From: an uncultured delta proteobacterium
GTDB taxonomy: Bacteria; Desulfobacterota; Binatia; Binatales; Binataceae
DNA length: 64,000 nt
Reading direction: 5' to 3'
Assembly (NCBI GenBank): GCA_963724765.1
Contig: CAVRVY010000001.1
Coordinates: 672,001-736,000, forward strand
The position numbers were made by a program, and so were the translations under genes. Positions 1 to 10,698 of this stretch are shown here, one piece after another; position 1 is the stretch's first letter, and the number at the start of each line of letters is the position of its first letter. The notes beneath the pieces are model-generated. The model was not told the origin of the DNA, did not search any database, and worked only from the letters and a program-made list of their open reading frames with translations.

Positions 1-114
1 TCGCCTTCCGTTCGCCTGAAGGGCACGATGCCAGCAGCGCGGAAAATGACTGGCTGCGCGCCGGGAAACGAGCAATGTGTGTGTGTCTATCTTCTGAAGG
101 GAGCGATCAGCGGA

Positions 115-597
115 ATGACACATGGGTTGGCCGAAACCGGGCCGGAAAAACTTGCCCAGGATTTGAAGGATCTGGGAACGCGAGGCGACGACGAGCTAAA
201 AGAACGCTGGCGCAACTTGTACGAGACGGAGCCGCCCGGCAAAATTCATCGCTCTCTGCTGATCCCGGCAATCGCGTATCGAATGCAGCAGAATGCTCTG
301 GGCGCGCTCAAGGCTTCGATCCGCCGTCACCTAATGCGCGTCGGCAGAAACACAGCGGATGGCCGACAAGCACCGGGTTATCCGAGTCTCAGTCCTAAAC
401 CGGGAACTGTGTTGGTACGCGACTGGGGCGGAGTCACCCATCAGGTGAAGGTGCTCGAATCCGGGGTCCTATTTCGTGGCAAACGATACAAATCACTTTC
501 CGAGGTCGCGCGTCTCATCACCGGCGCGCGTTGGTCGGGACCACTGTTCTTCGGCCTCAAATCCGCAGCCAAGGAGCAAAGTCATGGAACCCGGTAG
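115..597 (+). CDS. DUF2924 domain protein (companion of large serine recombinase elements)
   Basis: Motifs 'LKERWRNLY..PP...RSLL..AIAYRMQ', 'PGTVLVRDWGG..HQV' and 'SLSEVARLITGARWSGPLFFGL' are typical of DUF2924. ATG 115 chosen after a purine-rich tract (ORF track starts at 28). Overlaps the recombinase start. Confidence 0.85.
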   Translation: MTHGLAETGPEKLAQDLKDLGTRGDDELKERWRNLYETEPPGKIHRSLLIPAIAYRMQQNALGALKASIRRHLMRVGRNTADGRQAPGYPSLSPKPGTVLVRDWGGVTHQVKVLESGVLFRGKRYKSLSEVARLITGARWSGPLFFGLKSAAKEQSHGTR

Positions 598-2272
598 AGC
601 CTCGAGTCGGCGCTGCGCGATCTACACACGCAAATCATCTGAAGAGGGCCTCGAACAGGACTTTAATTCTCTACATGCGCAGCGCGAAGCCTGCGGGTCC
701 TACATCAAAAGTCAGCACGGCGAGGGCTGGCGCCCGGTCAAGACCGCATATGATGACGGCGGCCTGTCGGGCGCCACGATGAACCGGCCGGCTTTGCAAC
801 GTCTACTGTCGGATATCCGCGAACGCCTGATCGATGTGGTGGTCGTCTACAAAGTAGATCGGCTTACCCGCTCCCTGGCTGACTTTGCCAAGATGGTGGA
901 GACCTTTGACGCTCACGGTGTCTCTTTTGTAGCGGTAACCCAGCAGTTCAATACAACGACGTCGATGGGGCGCCTGACTCTCAACGTCCTGCTGTCCTTC
1001 GCCCAGTTCGAGCGCGAGGTGACGGGCGAGCGGATCCGCGACAAGATCGCCGCGTCCAAGCAGAAAGGAATGTGGATGGGCGGCTTCGTCCCGTTAGGCT
1101 ATGAGGTCTGCGACCGTCGAGTTGTGATCGACGAAGGTGAGGCGGAGACCGTCCGGTATATTTTGCGACGCTACCAGGAGCTTGGGTGCGTTCGACTGCT
1201 TAAAGAAGATCTGGACCGCAGCGGTATCCTTTCCAAGCGGCGAACTTCCAAGGGGGGTATCGAGTCAGGCGGCCGCTCGTTCTCGCGTGGCGCACTTTAC
1301 GCGCTGCTCTCGAATCCGATTTACGTCGGTGAAATTCGTCACAAAAAGCTCTGCCATCCCGGTCAGCACGAAGCAATCCTGGATCGCGCAGTATGGGAGC
1401 AAACGCAGCAGCAGCTCCGTGAGCATAGGGTTCGCAGCAAGAGCCGCGATGCCAGCGTCGAAAAAAATCCTCTGACCGGACGCTTATTCGATGAGAATGG
1501 CGACGGGCTTACGCCCAGTCACGCGCGCAAAGGAGAACGAAAGTACCGTTATTACGTCTCGCGCAACTTCCTGGCCCAGGGATCTACGCCATCGCGCGGC
1601 GGCTGGCGTTTGCCTGCGCGAGAGCTCGAAAAGCGAGTAGCGGCTGCTGTCCGGGAAATGCTCGATGACCAAGCAGCAGTTCTTGAGGCCGCTCAAAAAA
1701 CTGACATCGACTCCCGCCAGATCGACCGGGTACTCCACGCGGCCCGCACCTGGAGTCACCGTCTTCAATCCGAAGCCGAACAGACGGCCGCGATTGCCGC
1801 GCTCGTGGATCGGGTGGAACTCAAATGTGACGGCATGGGCGTGTCGATCAAGTTGCCCATAGGTGGCACGGAAAAGTCGCGGGCTCAGCTTTCGGACGCG
1901 GTCGCGATCACGCGATCGTTTCCAATGCAGCTGAAACGGCGTGGTGCTGAGTTGCGGCTAATCGTAGGCGATCACAATCGTTCCGCGGCGACCGTCGATC
2001 TGCCGCTGTTAAAAGCTGTCGCCCGGGCACATCGCTGGTTCGACGAGATCAGCACCGGAAAGGCGAACTCTCTGGCCGAGATCGCTGCACGCGAGGGGCT
2101 CGCCGTGCGCTATGTTGGCCGCTTGATCCGCCTGGCTTTCCTGGCACCGGTTATCGTTGAGTCCATCGTGGAGGGCCGGCAGCCGACCAGTCTTACTGCA
2201 GAAGCACTCACCCGGCACATCGAGATGCCGCTCGACTGGCGCTCGCAGAGGACCGCTCTGAACATTCAGTAA
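584..2272 (+). CDS. Large serine recombinase (resolvase + recombinase domain; SpoIVCA/PinR-like)
   Basis: 'RCAIYTRKSS' catalytic Ser motif, 'VYKVDRLTRS', 'FAQFEREVTGERIRDKIAASK.KG.WMGG..PLGY'. AAGGAG RBS at 571-576 precedes ATG 584. Confidence 0.95.
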   Translation: MEPGRASSRRCAIYTRKSSEEGLEQDFNSLHAQREACGSYIKSQHGEGWRPVKTAYDDGGLSGATMNRPALQRLLSDIRERLIDVVVVYKVDRLTRSLADFAKMVETFDAHGVSFVAVTQQFNTTTSMGRLTLNVLLSFAQFEREVTGERIRDKIAASKQKGMWMGGFVPLGYEVCDRRVVIDEGEAETVRYILRRYQELGCVRLLKEDLDRSGILSKRRTSKGGIESGGRSFSRGALYALLSNPIYVGEIRHKKLCHPGQHEAILDRAVWEQTQQQLREHRVRSKSRDASVEKNPLTGRLFDENGDGLTPSHARKGERKYRYYVSRNFLAQGSTPSRGGWRLPARELEKRVAAAVREMLDDQAAVLEAAQKTDIDSRQIDRVLHAARTWSHRLQSEAEQTAAIAALVDRVELKCDGMGVSIKLPIGGTEKSRAQLSDAVAITRSFPMQLKRRGAELRLIVGDHNRSAATVDLPLLKAVARAHRWFDEISTGKANSLAEIAAREGLAVRYVGRLIRLAFLAPVIVESIVEGRQPTSLTAEALTRHIEMPLDWRSQRTALNIQ

Positions 2273-2567
2273 CCCGGGACGCTCGTACCATCGCGCAGTT
2301 GGGTTTTCTGATATGGGCGGTAATTTCTCCCATCAGAAACGAGACAATGGCGCTCCTCCGCACCACTCGCGATGTCCGCAGATCTCTACCATGCAATGTG
2401 CTCGCCCAGGGCATCGGCACCGAATTCCTCGCCCACAGAGAGAAAATCGAAGTGACGCGGCACGGCTCGCCATGTCCGCGCTCTCCGGTGCCGATGGGCC
2501 GTGCGCATCGCCACCACCCGCGCGCAGTTTGCGCACTTCCCCGAAGAATGCCTCAAACCTGAGACTC

Positions 2568-2661
<94 letters not shown>

Positions 2662-2907
2662 GCAGGCTCGGGAAAAGCCCTGGGAGACAATTTTTACGCG
2701 CTCATCGTGAGACTGGCAACCTTGCCTCCCCGGGTATCCAGCGGGTCTGCGGCCAGTGTGACATTATGCGGGGCGTCGTCAGGCGGCGCGTCTCCAACTC
2801 GACCGACCGTACGGCGAGGGAAGGCCGCCTCTTGCTGAAAGTTCACGAGACTCCCGGTATCGTCATTCAATAAGCTGGATTGGCGGCTGGCCACGGGGTT
2901 ATCGCCG

Positions 2908-4104
2908 ATGTCGCTTCGATTGAACCGTCGTCAAATTCTGATCGCCGGACTTGGCGCGATAGCCGGGGCCGCAATTCTTATACGCGCAGATGTGGACGAC
3001 GATTCACCGCGCGGCGACGCATACGCGCCGTGGCGCGACTGGCGCGGCGCTCCGGGGGGAGGATCGCGATCATTGATCGGCACGGCAATTCTGGCGGCAA
3101 ATGCGCACAACACGCAGCCATGGATATTCTGTGTTCGTCCCGACCGGATCGATCTCTACGCCGACGAGGGCCGCAATCTGGGCGCGATGGATCCGTTTCG
3201 GCGCGAGATGCGGGTTAGTCTCGGCTGCGCGCTGGAGAATCTTTGCCTGAGAGCCCGCGCGGACGGTTACGCCACGCGGGTCACGATCGAGCGCGCAACC
3301 CTGTCCCAGCCTGCACCGGCGAGCGGGACGCATCGCGTCGCCTCGATTGCGCTCACGCGCGGTGAGGCCGAGATTTCTCCGCTTTACGCCGCGATACCGG
3401 CGCGCCACACTAATCGCGGCCCCTACGACCGCGACCGCCCGATTCCCCTGCAAGTGCTGGCGAAGCTCGCGACACTCGCGACCGACGAGCCCGGCGTCAA
3501 ATTATTCCTGTTGACCGATTCTGGCCCGCGCTCCGAATTTGCCGCGGCAACGGCGGCCGCGACCGAAGCGATCATCGGCGACACGACGATGATCCACGAC
3601 AGCGATGCGTGGTTTCGCGGGACCGATGCCGAGATAGCGGCGCATCGCGACGGCCCCACGATCGGGGCGGCCGGCCTGTCGCCATTTGTCACCTTGATGG
3701 CGAAAATTCTTCCCGCGCCCTCGCCGGAGCGGACCCATCGCATCTGGCTCGCCCAGACTCGCAACGTGCAGCTTGCGACGGCGGCGGTGTTCGGCCTGAT
3801 CGCGGTGCGCGATTTGTACGATCAGGAGCAGGCGTTACGGGCCGGGATGCTCTGGCAGCGCCTGCATTTGCAATTAACGCGGACGGGCTTGGCGGCGCAA
3901 CCGTTGAACCAGCTTCCGGAAAGAGTGGATCGCGAAAAGCAGCTTGGTCTGCCGGCAACTACGTGCAAGGTGCTTGCGTCGCTTGCTGGCGATGCGGGCT
4001 GGCTGCCGACGTTCGCGTTTCGGCTCGGCTTTCCGGTACGTCCAGCGCCGGCGAGCCCGCGCCGCGATCCGCAATCAGTGATTTCCGCTGTCGGATGCGC
4101 CTAG
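2908..4104 (+). CDS. Acg-family FMN-binding nitroreductase-like protein with a Tat-like signal
   Basis: 'AILAANAHNTQPW', 'DPFRREMRVSLGCALENL', 'RHTNRGPY', 'AGMLWQRLHL', 'PASPRR'. N-terminal 'NRRQIL' is followed by a hydrophobic stretch. Confidence 0.85.
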   Translation: MSLRLNRRQILIAGLGAIAGAAILIRADVDDDSPRGDAYAPWRDWRGAPGGGSRSLIGTAILAANAHNTQPWIFCVRPDRIDLYADEGRNLGAMDPFRREMRVSLGCALENLCLRARADGYATRVTIERATLSQPAPASGTHRVASIALTRGEAEISPLYAAIPARHTNRGPYDRDRPIPLQVLAKLATLATDEPGVKLFLLTDSGPRSEFAAATAAATEAIIGDTTMIHDSDAWFRGTDAEIAAHRDGPTIGAAGLSPFVTLMAKILPAPSPERTHRIWLAQTRNVQLATAAVFGLIAVRDLYDQEQALRAGMLWQRLHLQLTRTGLAAQPLNQLPERVDREKQLGLPATTCKVLASLAGDAGWLPTFAFRLGFPVRPAPASPRRDPQSVISAVGCA

Positions 4105-4155
4105 CCGGTCCTTCGATCGGCTAGGCACATCCGTCGCTGCTTCGTAGGAGAAAGC

Positions 4156-4605
4156 TCAGATATCGGTCCGCTCCGCCTTGAGCTCTCGGCGCTCCTGCAT
4201 GTTGAAGCGGTCCTGGTAGATCGGCCGGCCGCCCGTCGTCGGCCCCGGGTACTGCACGATTACCATCAATCCGCCCGTTTCAGTCGAAAGCTCGTCCTCG
4301 GAGTGCGGATCACCGTGGTAGAGCATCGTGCCCGGACCGCACAGGCGTCCGGCGATGCGGAACTCACCTTCCAGGATGTACCAGACTTGCGCGAAGTCGT
4401 GCCGGTGCCATGGATGGTGGCTGCCGGGAGTAAAGCGCAGCAGCCCCGCGTTGGGCGCGGTTGGTTGGTCCACGCTGGGATGGAATAGCATCTTGCCAGT
4501 TTCGCCGGGCCAGCGGATAGTCTCCCATTCCATATCATCGATATGACGTATGGTTGCTGGCCGATCCGACTCCGTTACCGGCGAATTCGTAGCCTTTTGC
4601 GTCAT
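4156..4605 (-). CDS. Cupin domain protein
   Basis: 'HPWHRHDFAQVWYILEGE' and 'GPGTMLYHGDPHSE' cupin motifs. GGGAG RBS upstream. Confidence 0.85.
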   Translation of the reverse strand: MTQKATNSPVTESDRPATIRHIDDMEWETIRWPGETGKMLFHPSVDQPTAPNAGLLRFTPGSHHPWHRHDFAQVWYILEGEFRIAGRLCGPGTMLYHGDPHSEDELSTETGGLMVIVQYPGPTTGGRPIYQDRFNMQERRELKAERTDI

Positions 4606-4694
4606 TGGCTGATCTCCCTTCTAAGCCACCACTCGTGCTGCTGTTAGCGTTCACGACCACGGCTGTCGCGGCTGCCCGCGGCCGGGCACAGATG

Positions 4695-4919
4695 TCAGCG
4701 ATCCGCGATCAACCAGGCGACGATCATCATAGCGAACACTACCACGATCGTCAGGCCGTGGGCTCTCAGCCAACGACGCAATTGGCGGCGCGTCATGCGC
4801 ACGCTCGAGGGCAAAATCCTGTTGACGAATGGAATGAGCCGCCCGCCGAGACTCTGAACGTTCGCGCCACCGTGGCGCAAACGGAGACTGGAGGTCTCAC
4901 GTTCTTCGTTGTTACTCAT
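4695..4919 (-). CDS. Small hypothetical protein with a C-terminal TM helix
   Basis: 74-aa ORF from ATG 4919 ending in 'LTIVVVFAMMIVAWLIADR'. Same strand as the cupin. No family recognised. Confidence 0.4.
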   Translation of the reverse strand: MSNNEERETSSLRLRHGGANVQSLGGRLIPFVNRILPSSVRMTRRQLRRWLRAHGLTIVVVFAMMIVAWLIADR

Positions 4920-5255
4920 GTGCAGATCGATGCAATCGCTGCGGTTTGGCCCTACGCGGCGTGTGTTTATAAGAATACCACAACGCACGTTATAAGTAAA
5001 TTAAGCAATTATTAAGAGACTATAAGCCGCGCGTCCGAATTCGATCGCGCTGCGCTGTATCTGACCACCTGTCTCTGGAACAAACCACTTTACTATTTGA
5101 CGGGACTTCCCTTTCAAGGCGATTCGCTTGGCGGATGACAACTGTACGCTGGCGCACCGTCGCGCCACGGCCATGTCGCACTCCAAGGCATCGCTCTTGC
5201 TCCCCTTGAGGGAAGGGTAGATGCGGGCATTTTGCGCACTGCGGCTATCGCAAAA

Positions 5256-8200
5256 ATGACTCAACAGATGAACGGGAACTCCCGAGAGAATGGCCTGCGG
5301 CAGTCCGACGGTGCGCCTGCCATTGCGCCGGCGCACTGGCTCGAGCGGTTTATGGCCGCGCTGGCATGTGCGTCGGAATCCGACATGTCGCAACTCAACG
5401 CGCTGCTCCGGACCGGCCTCGCCGTGGTGTTCTTCTTTGAAGTGGCCACCTGGTTGGAGGTCGCGCGATTCCAACCCGCGCTCCTGCATGCGGAGCGGCC
5501 CTTCTTCATCTTCGACATCGCGCTGGTGAGCGGCGGTCTCAGTCTGACCTATTTCAAATGGTTCAGCCGTAATTGGCGCACGGTGGCGATGACTTTCTGT
5601 CTCATCCTGCTTGCCAGCCGCATGCTGTCGACGTTCGCGATCAGTGAGGACGAGCCATTGATGCTGGTGCTCTTTGTGCTTGCGCTGGGTACCGCTGTGC
5701 TGGTGCCGTGGGGCGTGCGCTGGCAGGGCATCCTCACATTGGCAGGCCTGATTGCGTTTGCGATCGCCGGCGTGGAGGGTGTGGTCCAGCCAGTGGACCT
5801 GCATCGATGGCTTGTGCTGGCAGCCGTGGGAGCCTTCGCGTTGAGCTTCACGGCGCTGAAAGATCACTATCGATCCCAAGCCATCCTGATCGAAGCCCTG
5901 TTATACAACGAAAAGTGTCTGGCCCGGAGCGAGACGATGTTGCGTACGGTCTTCGATGCCGTGCCGGACATCGTGACCCTGACCAGGTTCGTCGACGGAA
6001 AGTTATTCGAGGTCAACGCGGAGTTTCTCAAATGCGCCGGGCTCAGCCGAGAGCAGGCGCTTGCGACCACGGTGCTCGAAGTCGCGGCATGGAAAAGCGC
6101 CCAATTGCGGCACGAGTACATCGAGGAACTGAAGGAGAAGGGCCACGTCCGGAATTTCGAGACCGAATTTCGGATTCACGGGGTGCTCGTACCGCATCTC
6201 CTGTCATCCGTGGTGGTCGAGATCGATGGCGAGCTTTACGCGCTCAACGTCGCGCGCGATGCCACCAGCATCAAGGAAAATGAATGCGCGCTGCGCGAGG
6301 CCCAGGAACGGCTCCGCACGCAGGTCGAGGAGTTGACCGCGACGCAGGGCCGCCTGCGCGCCGAAGTCGTTGAACGCGAAGCCGCTGAGCGCGTCGCCCG
6401 CGAGCGCGAGACCACGGTGCTGAAGGTTTTTGAGGCCAGCCCCGACATCATCACTGTCTCAAGCCGGCGCGATTTTCGGCTTATCCGGGCCAACAGCGTG
6501 TTTTTCCGGGAGACAGGGTACGCTCCGGAGGAAATCCTCGGAAGGCCAATCCACTCGAAGTTCTGGGCCAACCGCGATCAGCGCGAGCGGTTCAAAGAGG
6601 CGCTGGATCGCGACGGCCTCGCACACAACATGGAGGCCGACCTCAAGATGCAGGACGGCACCATCAATTCTTACCTGCTCTCCTCGGTGGCGGTTGAGCT
6701 GAGCGGTGAACCGTGCAGGGTATCCTTCTGGCGCAACGTTACCGAAGCCAAACGTGCGGCGCAGCGAGTTGCCGACAGCGAGGCGACGCTGCGCAGGATG
6801 TTCGAGGCCACGCCCGATATAATCATCACTCGGCGCGCAGACGGGCCGATCCTCGACGTCAACGACGAGTTTGTAAAGCGTACCGGGATCACGCGCGAGC
6901 AGGCGTTGGGATCCTCGATGGACGATGTCCGCCTTTTTCTCCGGCCCGAAGATCGCGCGGAATTCCTTCGCCGGGTTCAGGCCGACGGCATCATCCAGGA
7001 TTTCGAGGCGGACTTTAGCCTCAAAGGCGTCGCGGTGCCGTACCTGGTTTCGGGCGCAGTGGTCGAATCCGAAGACGGGCCCCTCATTTTTGGTATCTCG
7101 CGCGACATCGGCGCACGCAAGCAGATGGAACGCGAGCTTATCGCGGCGCGCGAGGCGGCGCTGGCCGCGTCCCGCGCCAAATCCGAGTTTCTTTCCAGCA
7201 TGTCGCATGAGATCCGCACCCCCATGAACGCGATCCTCGGGATGGTGGATCTGTTGAGCGATGGCGCGCTCGGCGCCGAGCAACGACACTATCTCGACAC
7301 CATGCGCTCCAACGGCAACGCTCTGATGCATCTGATCAACGACATCCTCGACGTTGCCAAGATCGAAAGCGGCCGCCTGAGCCTGGAGTCGCTTAGCTTC
7401 GACCTTGAAGACGTGGTCGACAAGGCGATCGAAACGATGAGCGTGCGCGCGCATGCCAAGGGCCTGGAACTGATGGCGCGTATTCCGCCGCACGTGCCGC
7501 CTAATCTGATCGGCGACCCGCTGAGGCTGCGTCAGATTTTAATCAACCTGGCAGCCAACGCGATCAAGTTCACCGAACAAGGCGAGGTCGCGTTGACGGT
7601 CGAAAGCCTCTCGCCGGCCGAGGCTCTGCGCCTCGGCTTTTCGGCCGACCCGGCCCAAGGCGAGGGCGGCCATCCGGGCGCCCCCGTCGCCTGGCTGCGC
7701 TTCTCAGTGGCCGACACCGGGATCGGAATCGCTGCCGGCCATCTGGGCGCGATCTTCTCCAGCTTCACCCAGGCCGATGCGTCCGTCTCGCGCCGCTTTG
7801 GCGGCTCCGGGCTAGGGCTTACGATCGTGCGGCGCCTGTGCGAGATGATGAGCGGGCGGGTCGAGGTGGAAAGCGAAGTCGGCCGCGGTTCGATTTTCCG
7901 GGTTACGGTCCCTCTGGGTATCGACACCCGGCCGCTGGCGGCCGAAGGGCGCGGCGCGGAAGTCAACCTCGACGGCGTTCGGATACTCGTGGTCGATGAC
8001 AACGACACCAACCGCCTGATCCTGCGCGAAATGCTTGTGCGCAATCGCGCCGTGGTGACCGAGGCCGCCAGCGGCGCGGCGGCGCTCGCCGAACTCGCCC
8101 GCACCCGCGCGGCCGGCCGCCCGTACCGGCTGATGCTGCTCGATTACCGGATGCCGGGCATGGACGGAGTGGAGGTAGCGCGCAAAGCGATCGACCATGG

Positions 8201-8891
8201 CTTCGCACGGTCGTCCGCCGGCGGCCAGGACACCATCATCCTGATGCTGACCTCTGACGACCTGAATTTCAGGCTCGCCCGGTTGCGTGAAGTGGGCCTG
8301 CATACGTATCTGATCAAACCGGTCAAGCGGGCCGAGTTGCTCGAGAAGATCAAAGACCTGTTAAGCGATGTCGGTGCGGGACAATCGCTTTCGGAACCCC
8401 CCGACCTGTCAGCGGCGCCCGACGACACGGCGCCTCTGCGGATCCTGCTCGCCGAGGATGCGCCCGATAATCGCTTTCTCATCCAGGCTTACCTGAAGAA
8501 GTTTCCCTACCAGATCGATATTGCCGAAAACGGCCGCGTCGCGATCGAGAAGTTCAAGGCCGCGCGTCCCGACCTGGTGTTGATGGATGTGCAAATGCCG
8601 GAGATGGATGGGTTGGCTGCCACGCGCGCGATTCGCCAGTGGGAAAACGAGCAGGGTTTCCCGGCCACGCCGATAATCGCGCTCACCGCATCGGCGCTCG
8701 ACGAGGACGTGAGGCGCAGCCTGGACGCCGGCTGCGATGAGCACGTTAACAAACCGGTCAAGCGGCCGGTGCTGCTGGCCGCGATTCGCAGGGCGGAGGC
8801 GATGCGCCGAGCCATGGCCGCCGAGTCCGAGCCCGTCGCCGCCGACCCACAGTCGCCCGGCGAGTCAGCGGTGGATACACCGCTTGCCTAG
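5256..8891 (+). CDS. Membrane-bound hybrid histidine kinase (TM region, 3 PAS, HisKA, HATPase, 2 REC)
   Basis: H-box 'SHEIRTPMN', N-box 'NLAANAIKFT', G-boxes 'DTGIGI' and 'GSGLGL', two receivers ('LLDYRMP', 'LMDVQMP'), three 'F(D/E)A.PDI' PAS starts. Confidence 0.95.
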   Translation: MTQQMNGNSRENGLRQSDGAPAIAPAHWLERFMAALACASESDMSQLNALLRTGLAVVFFFEVATWLEVARFQPALLHAERPFFIFDIALVSGGLSLTYFKWFSRNWRTVAMTFCLILLASRMLSTFAISEDEPLMLVLFVLALGTAVLVPWGVRWQGILTLAGLIAFAIAGVEGVVQPVDLHRWLVLAAVGAFALSFTALKDHYRSQAILIEALLYNEKCLARSETMLRTVFDAVPDIVTLTRFVDGKLFEVNAEFLKCAGLSREQALATTVLEVAAWKSAQLRHEYIEELKEKGHVRNFETEFRIHGVLVPHLLSSVVVEIDGELYALNVARDATSIKENECALREAQERLRTQVEELTATQGRLRAEVVEREAAERVARERETTVLKVFEASPDIITVSSRRDFRLIRANSVFFRETGYAPEEILGRPIHSKFWANRDQRERFKEALDRDGLAHNMEADLKMQDGTINSYLLSSVAVELSGEPCRVSFWRNVTEAKRAAQRVADSEATLRRMFEATPDIIITRRADGPILDVNDEFVKRTGITREQALGSSMDDVRLFLRPEDRAEFLRRVQADGIIQDFEADFSLKGVAVPYLVSGAVVESEDGPLIFGISRDIGARKQMERELIAAREAALAASRAKSEFLSSMSHEIRTPMNAILGMVDLLSDGALGAEQRHYLDTMRSNGNALMHLINDILDVAKIESGRLSLESLSFDLEDVVDKAIETMSVRAHAKGLELMARIPPHVPPNLIGDPLRLRQILINLAANAIKFTEQGEVALTVESLSPAEALRLGFSADPAQGEGGHPGAPVAWLRFSVADTGIGIAAGHLGAIFSSFTQADASVSRRFGGSGLGLTIVRRLCEMMSGRVEVESEVGRGSIFRVTVPLGIDTRPLAAEGRGAEVNLDGVRILVVDDNDTNRLILREMLVRNRAVVTEAASGAAALAELARTRAAGRPYRLMLLDYRMPGMDGVEVARKAIDHGFARSSAGGQDTIILMLTSDDLNFRLARLREVGLHTYLIKPVKRAELLEKIKDLLSDVGAGQSLSEPPDLSAAPDDTAPLRILLAEDAPDNRFLIQAYLKKFPYQIDIAENGRVAIEKFKAARPDLVLMDVQMPEMDGLAATRAIRQWENEQGFPATPIIALTASALDEDVRRSLDAGCDEHVNKPVKRPVLLAAIRRAEAMRRAMAAESEPVAADPQSPGESAVDTPLA

Positions 8892-9151
8892 AGACTACGC
8901 TCGTCGAATGGCTCGACGGTCAGTCGCGACGGCCAGCTCGACGCCGTCAGTGCAACGCGCGCCTGCCTCGTCCGCGATGGCATCCGCCGCGCCGGTCATG
9001 GCCGCATCTCGGGAACCGATGGCTTTCTGCCGGTAGCATCCCGCCCCCGCGCTGGCAAATAGCGCCGCGCGCGCCGGCGATCAATCTTGTCCGATCGCCC
9101 GCGCGCCCGCGCTACACAGCCCTGCCGGTGATCGGGTAGACTCGTGAGCCC

Positions 9152-10456
9152 GTGAAAGCAATCGCGCAAGACCGATCGCTGCGGACGCCGTGGGACAGCT
9201 TTGAGCGCGAGGCGCTCGAGTACCTGCGCGCGCTCATCCGTTTCGATACCAGCAATCCGCCCGGCAACGAACGCGTCGCGACCGATTTTCTGGCCGCTCG
9301 ACTTGGCGCCGAAGCAATCGCGTCCGTGCTGCTCGAGAAAGAGCCGGGCCGCGCCAACCTGGTCGCGCGCCTTAAGGGCGGAGGCGCTGGTGCGCCGCTG
9401 ATGCTGTCCTCGCATACGGATGTCGTGCCGGTTGAGCCCGCGCGATGGAGTCGCGCGCCCTTCGGCGCCGAGGTGGCCGAGGGCTGCGTATGGGGCCGCG
9501 GCGCGATCGACATGAAGGCCAAGACTGCGATGGACCTGGGCTTGGTGCTCGCGCTCAGCCGGGCCGGTGTCGCGCTCAACCGCGACCTGCTGCTGGCGGC
9601 GGTGGCCGACGAGGAGGCCGGCTCGGAACTCGGCTCCCGCTTCCTGGTCGAGCGTCATCCGGAACTGGTGCGCGCGGGATGGGTGCTGAACGAGGCTGGC
9701 GGGTTCACCCTGCATCTCGGCGGCCGGCGCTATTATCCGATCCAGGTCGCCGAGAAGGGATACGTGACGGTGAAGATGACGGTCAACGGGGCCCCCGGTC
9801 ACGGCTCGATCCCGCGCCCGGACAGCGCGATCACGGTACTGGCGGAGCTCGTGATAAAGATCAGCCGGACCCCGATGCGGCTGCGGCTGACGCCGTTGAT
9901 GCGGCGCACGCTCAACCAGCTCGGCATCGATCCGCAAAATTCGCCGCCGCTGTTTCGTGCGATAATGGCCAACACAGTCGTACCCACCATCCTGCGCGCC
10001 GGCTACAAGGACAACGTTATCCCGGGCGAGGCCTCAGTCGTGCTCGACGGCCGCACCTTGCCGGGTGAGACGGCCGAGAGCCTGCTAGGCGAGTTGCGCG
10101 AGATGGTGGGACCGGAGCCCGCGTTCGAGGTGTTGAAGTGCGCGCCACCGGCCGAGAGCAGCGCGGACACGCCGCTTTTCCGGCTGATCGAGCATCATGT
10201 CGAGCTGGCCGACCCGGGCGCGCAGGCGATTGCCTGGATGCTGCCCGGGGCGACCGACAGCAAGTTCTACGCGCAACTCGGTGCGACCTGCTATGGGTTT
10301 GCGCCGGTCCGGATCGGTCCGCGGATGCCCTACGGGGCGCTCTACCACGGCAACGACGAGCGCATCCCGATCGACGGTTTTCTGTGGGGCCTGCGGCTCT
10401 ACGCGGAAGTGGTGCTGAACTTTCTGGGCCTGCGCTTCGACCAGGTATTCAACTAG
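9152..10456 (+). CDS. M20/M25/M40 family metallopeptidase / ArgE-like deacylase
   Basis: 'SHTDVVP', 'WGRGAIDMK', 'ADEEAG', 'NEAGG', 'HGNDERI'. Confidence 0.93.
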   Translation: MKAIAQDRSLRTPWDSFEREALEYLRALIRFDTSNPPGNERVATDFLAARLGAEAIASVLLEKEPGRANLVARLKGGGAGAPLMLSSHTDVVPVEPARWSRAPFGAEVAEGCVWGRGAIDMKAKTAMDLGLVLALSRAGVALNRDLLLAAVADEEAGSELGSRFLVERHPELVRAGWVLNEAGGFTLHLGGRRYYPIQVAEKGYVTVKMTVNGAPGHGSIPRPDSAITVLAELVIKISRTPMRLRLTPLMRRTLNQLGIDPQNSPPLFRAIMANTVVPTILRAGYKDNVIPGEASVVLDGRTLPGETAESLLGELREMVGPEPAFEVLKCAPPAESSADTPLFRLIEHHVELADPGAQAIAWMLPGATDSKFYAQLGATCYGFAPVRIGPRMPYGALYHGNDERIPIDGFLWGLRLYAEVVLNFLGLRFDQVFN

Positions 10457-10493
10457 CGCGGGGCTAAGCTCGCGCCGCCCCTGCCATGTATTA

Positions 10494-10644
10494 ACCTCTC
10501 TTTGACAAAGGAGAGGTCGCCACGAGCAGCGCGAGCGGCGGAAGAGGCCCGTCTGAATTCTCTTGCGCCACAGCGACTTCGAGAAGGTTGCGAAAGCCGG
10601 CCATTAGACCTCTGCCTAACCCTCTCCTTGGACAAGGAGAGGTC
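10494..10644. repeat. Pair of REP-like palindromes between convergent genes
   Basis: ACCTCTCTTTG-A-CAAAGGAGAGGT (10494-10517) and CCTCTCCTTG-GA-CAAGGAGAGG (10621-10642) are near-identical hairpins. Confidence 0.7.
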
Positions 10645-10698
10645 ATCGGAGGGGACGGGGGAGGAGTCAGAACAACGAGCGACTAACTATTCGGAATC

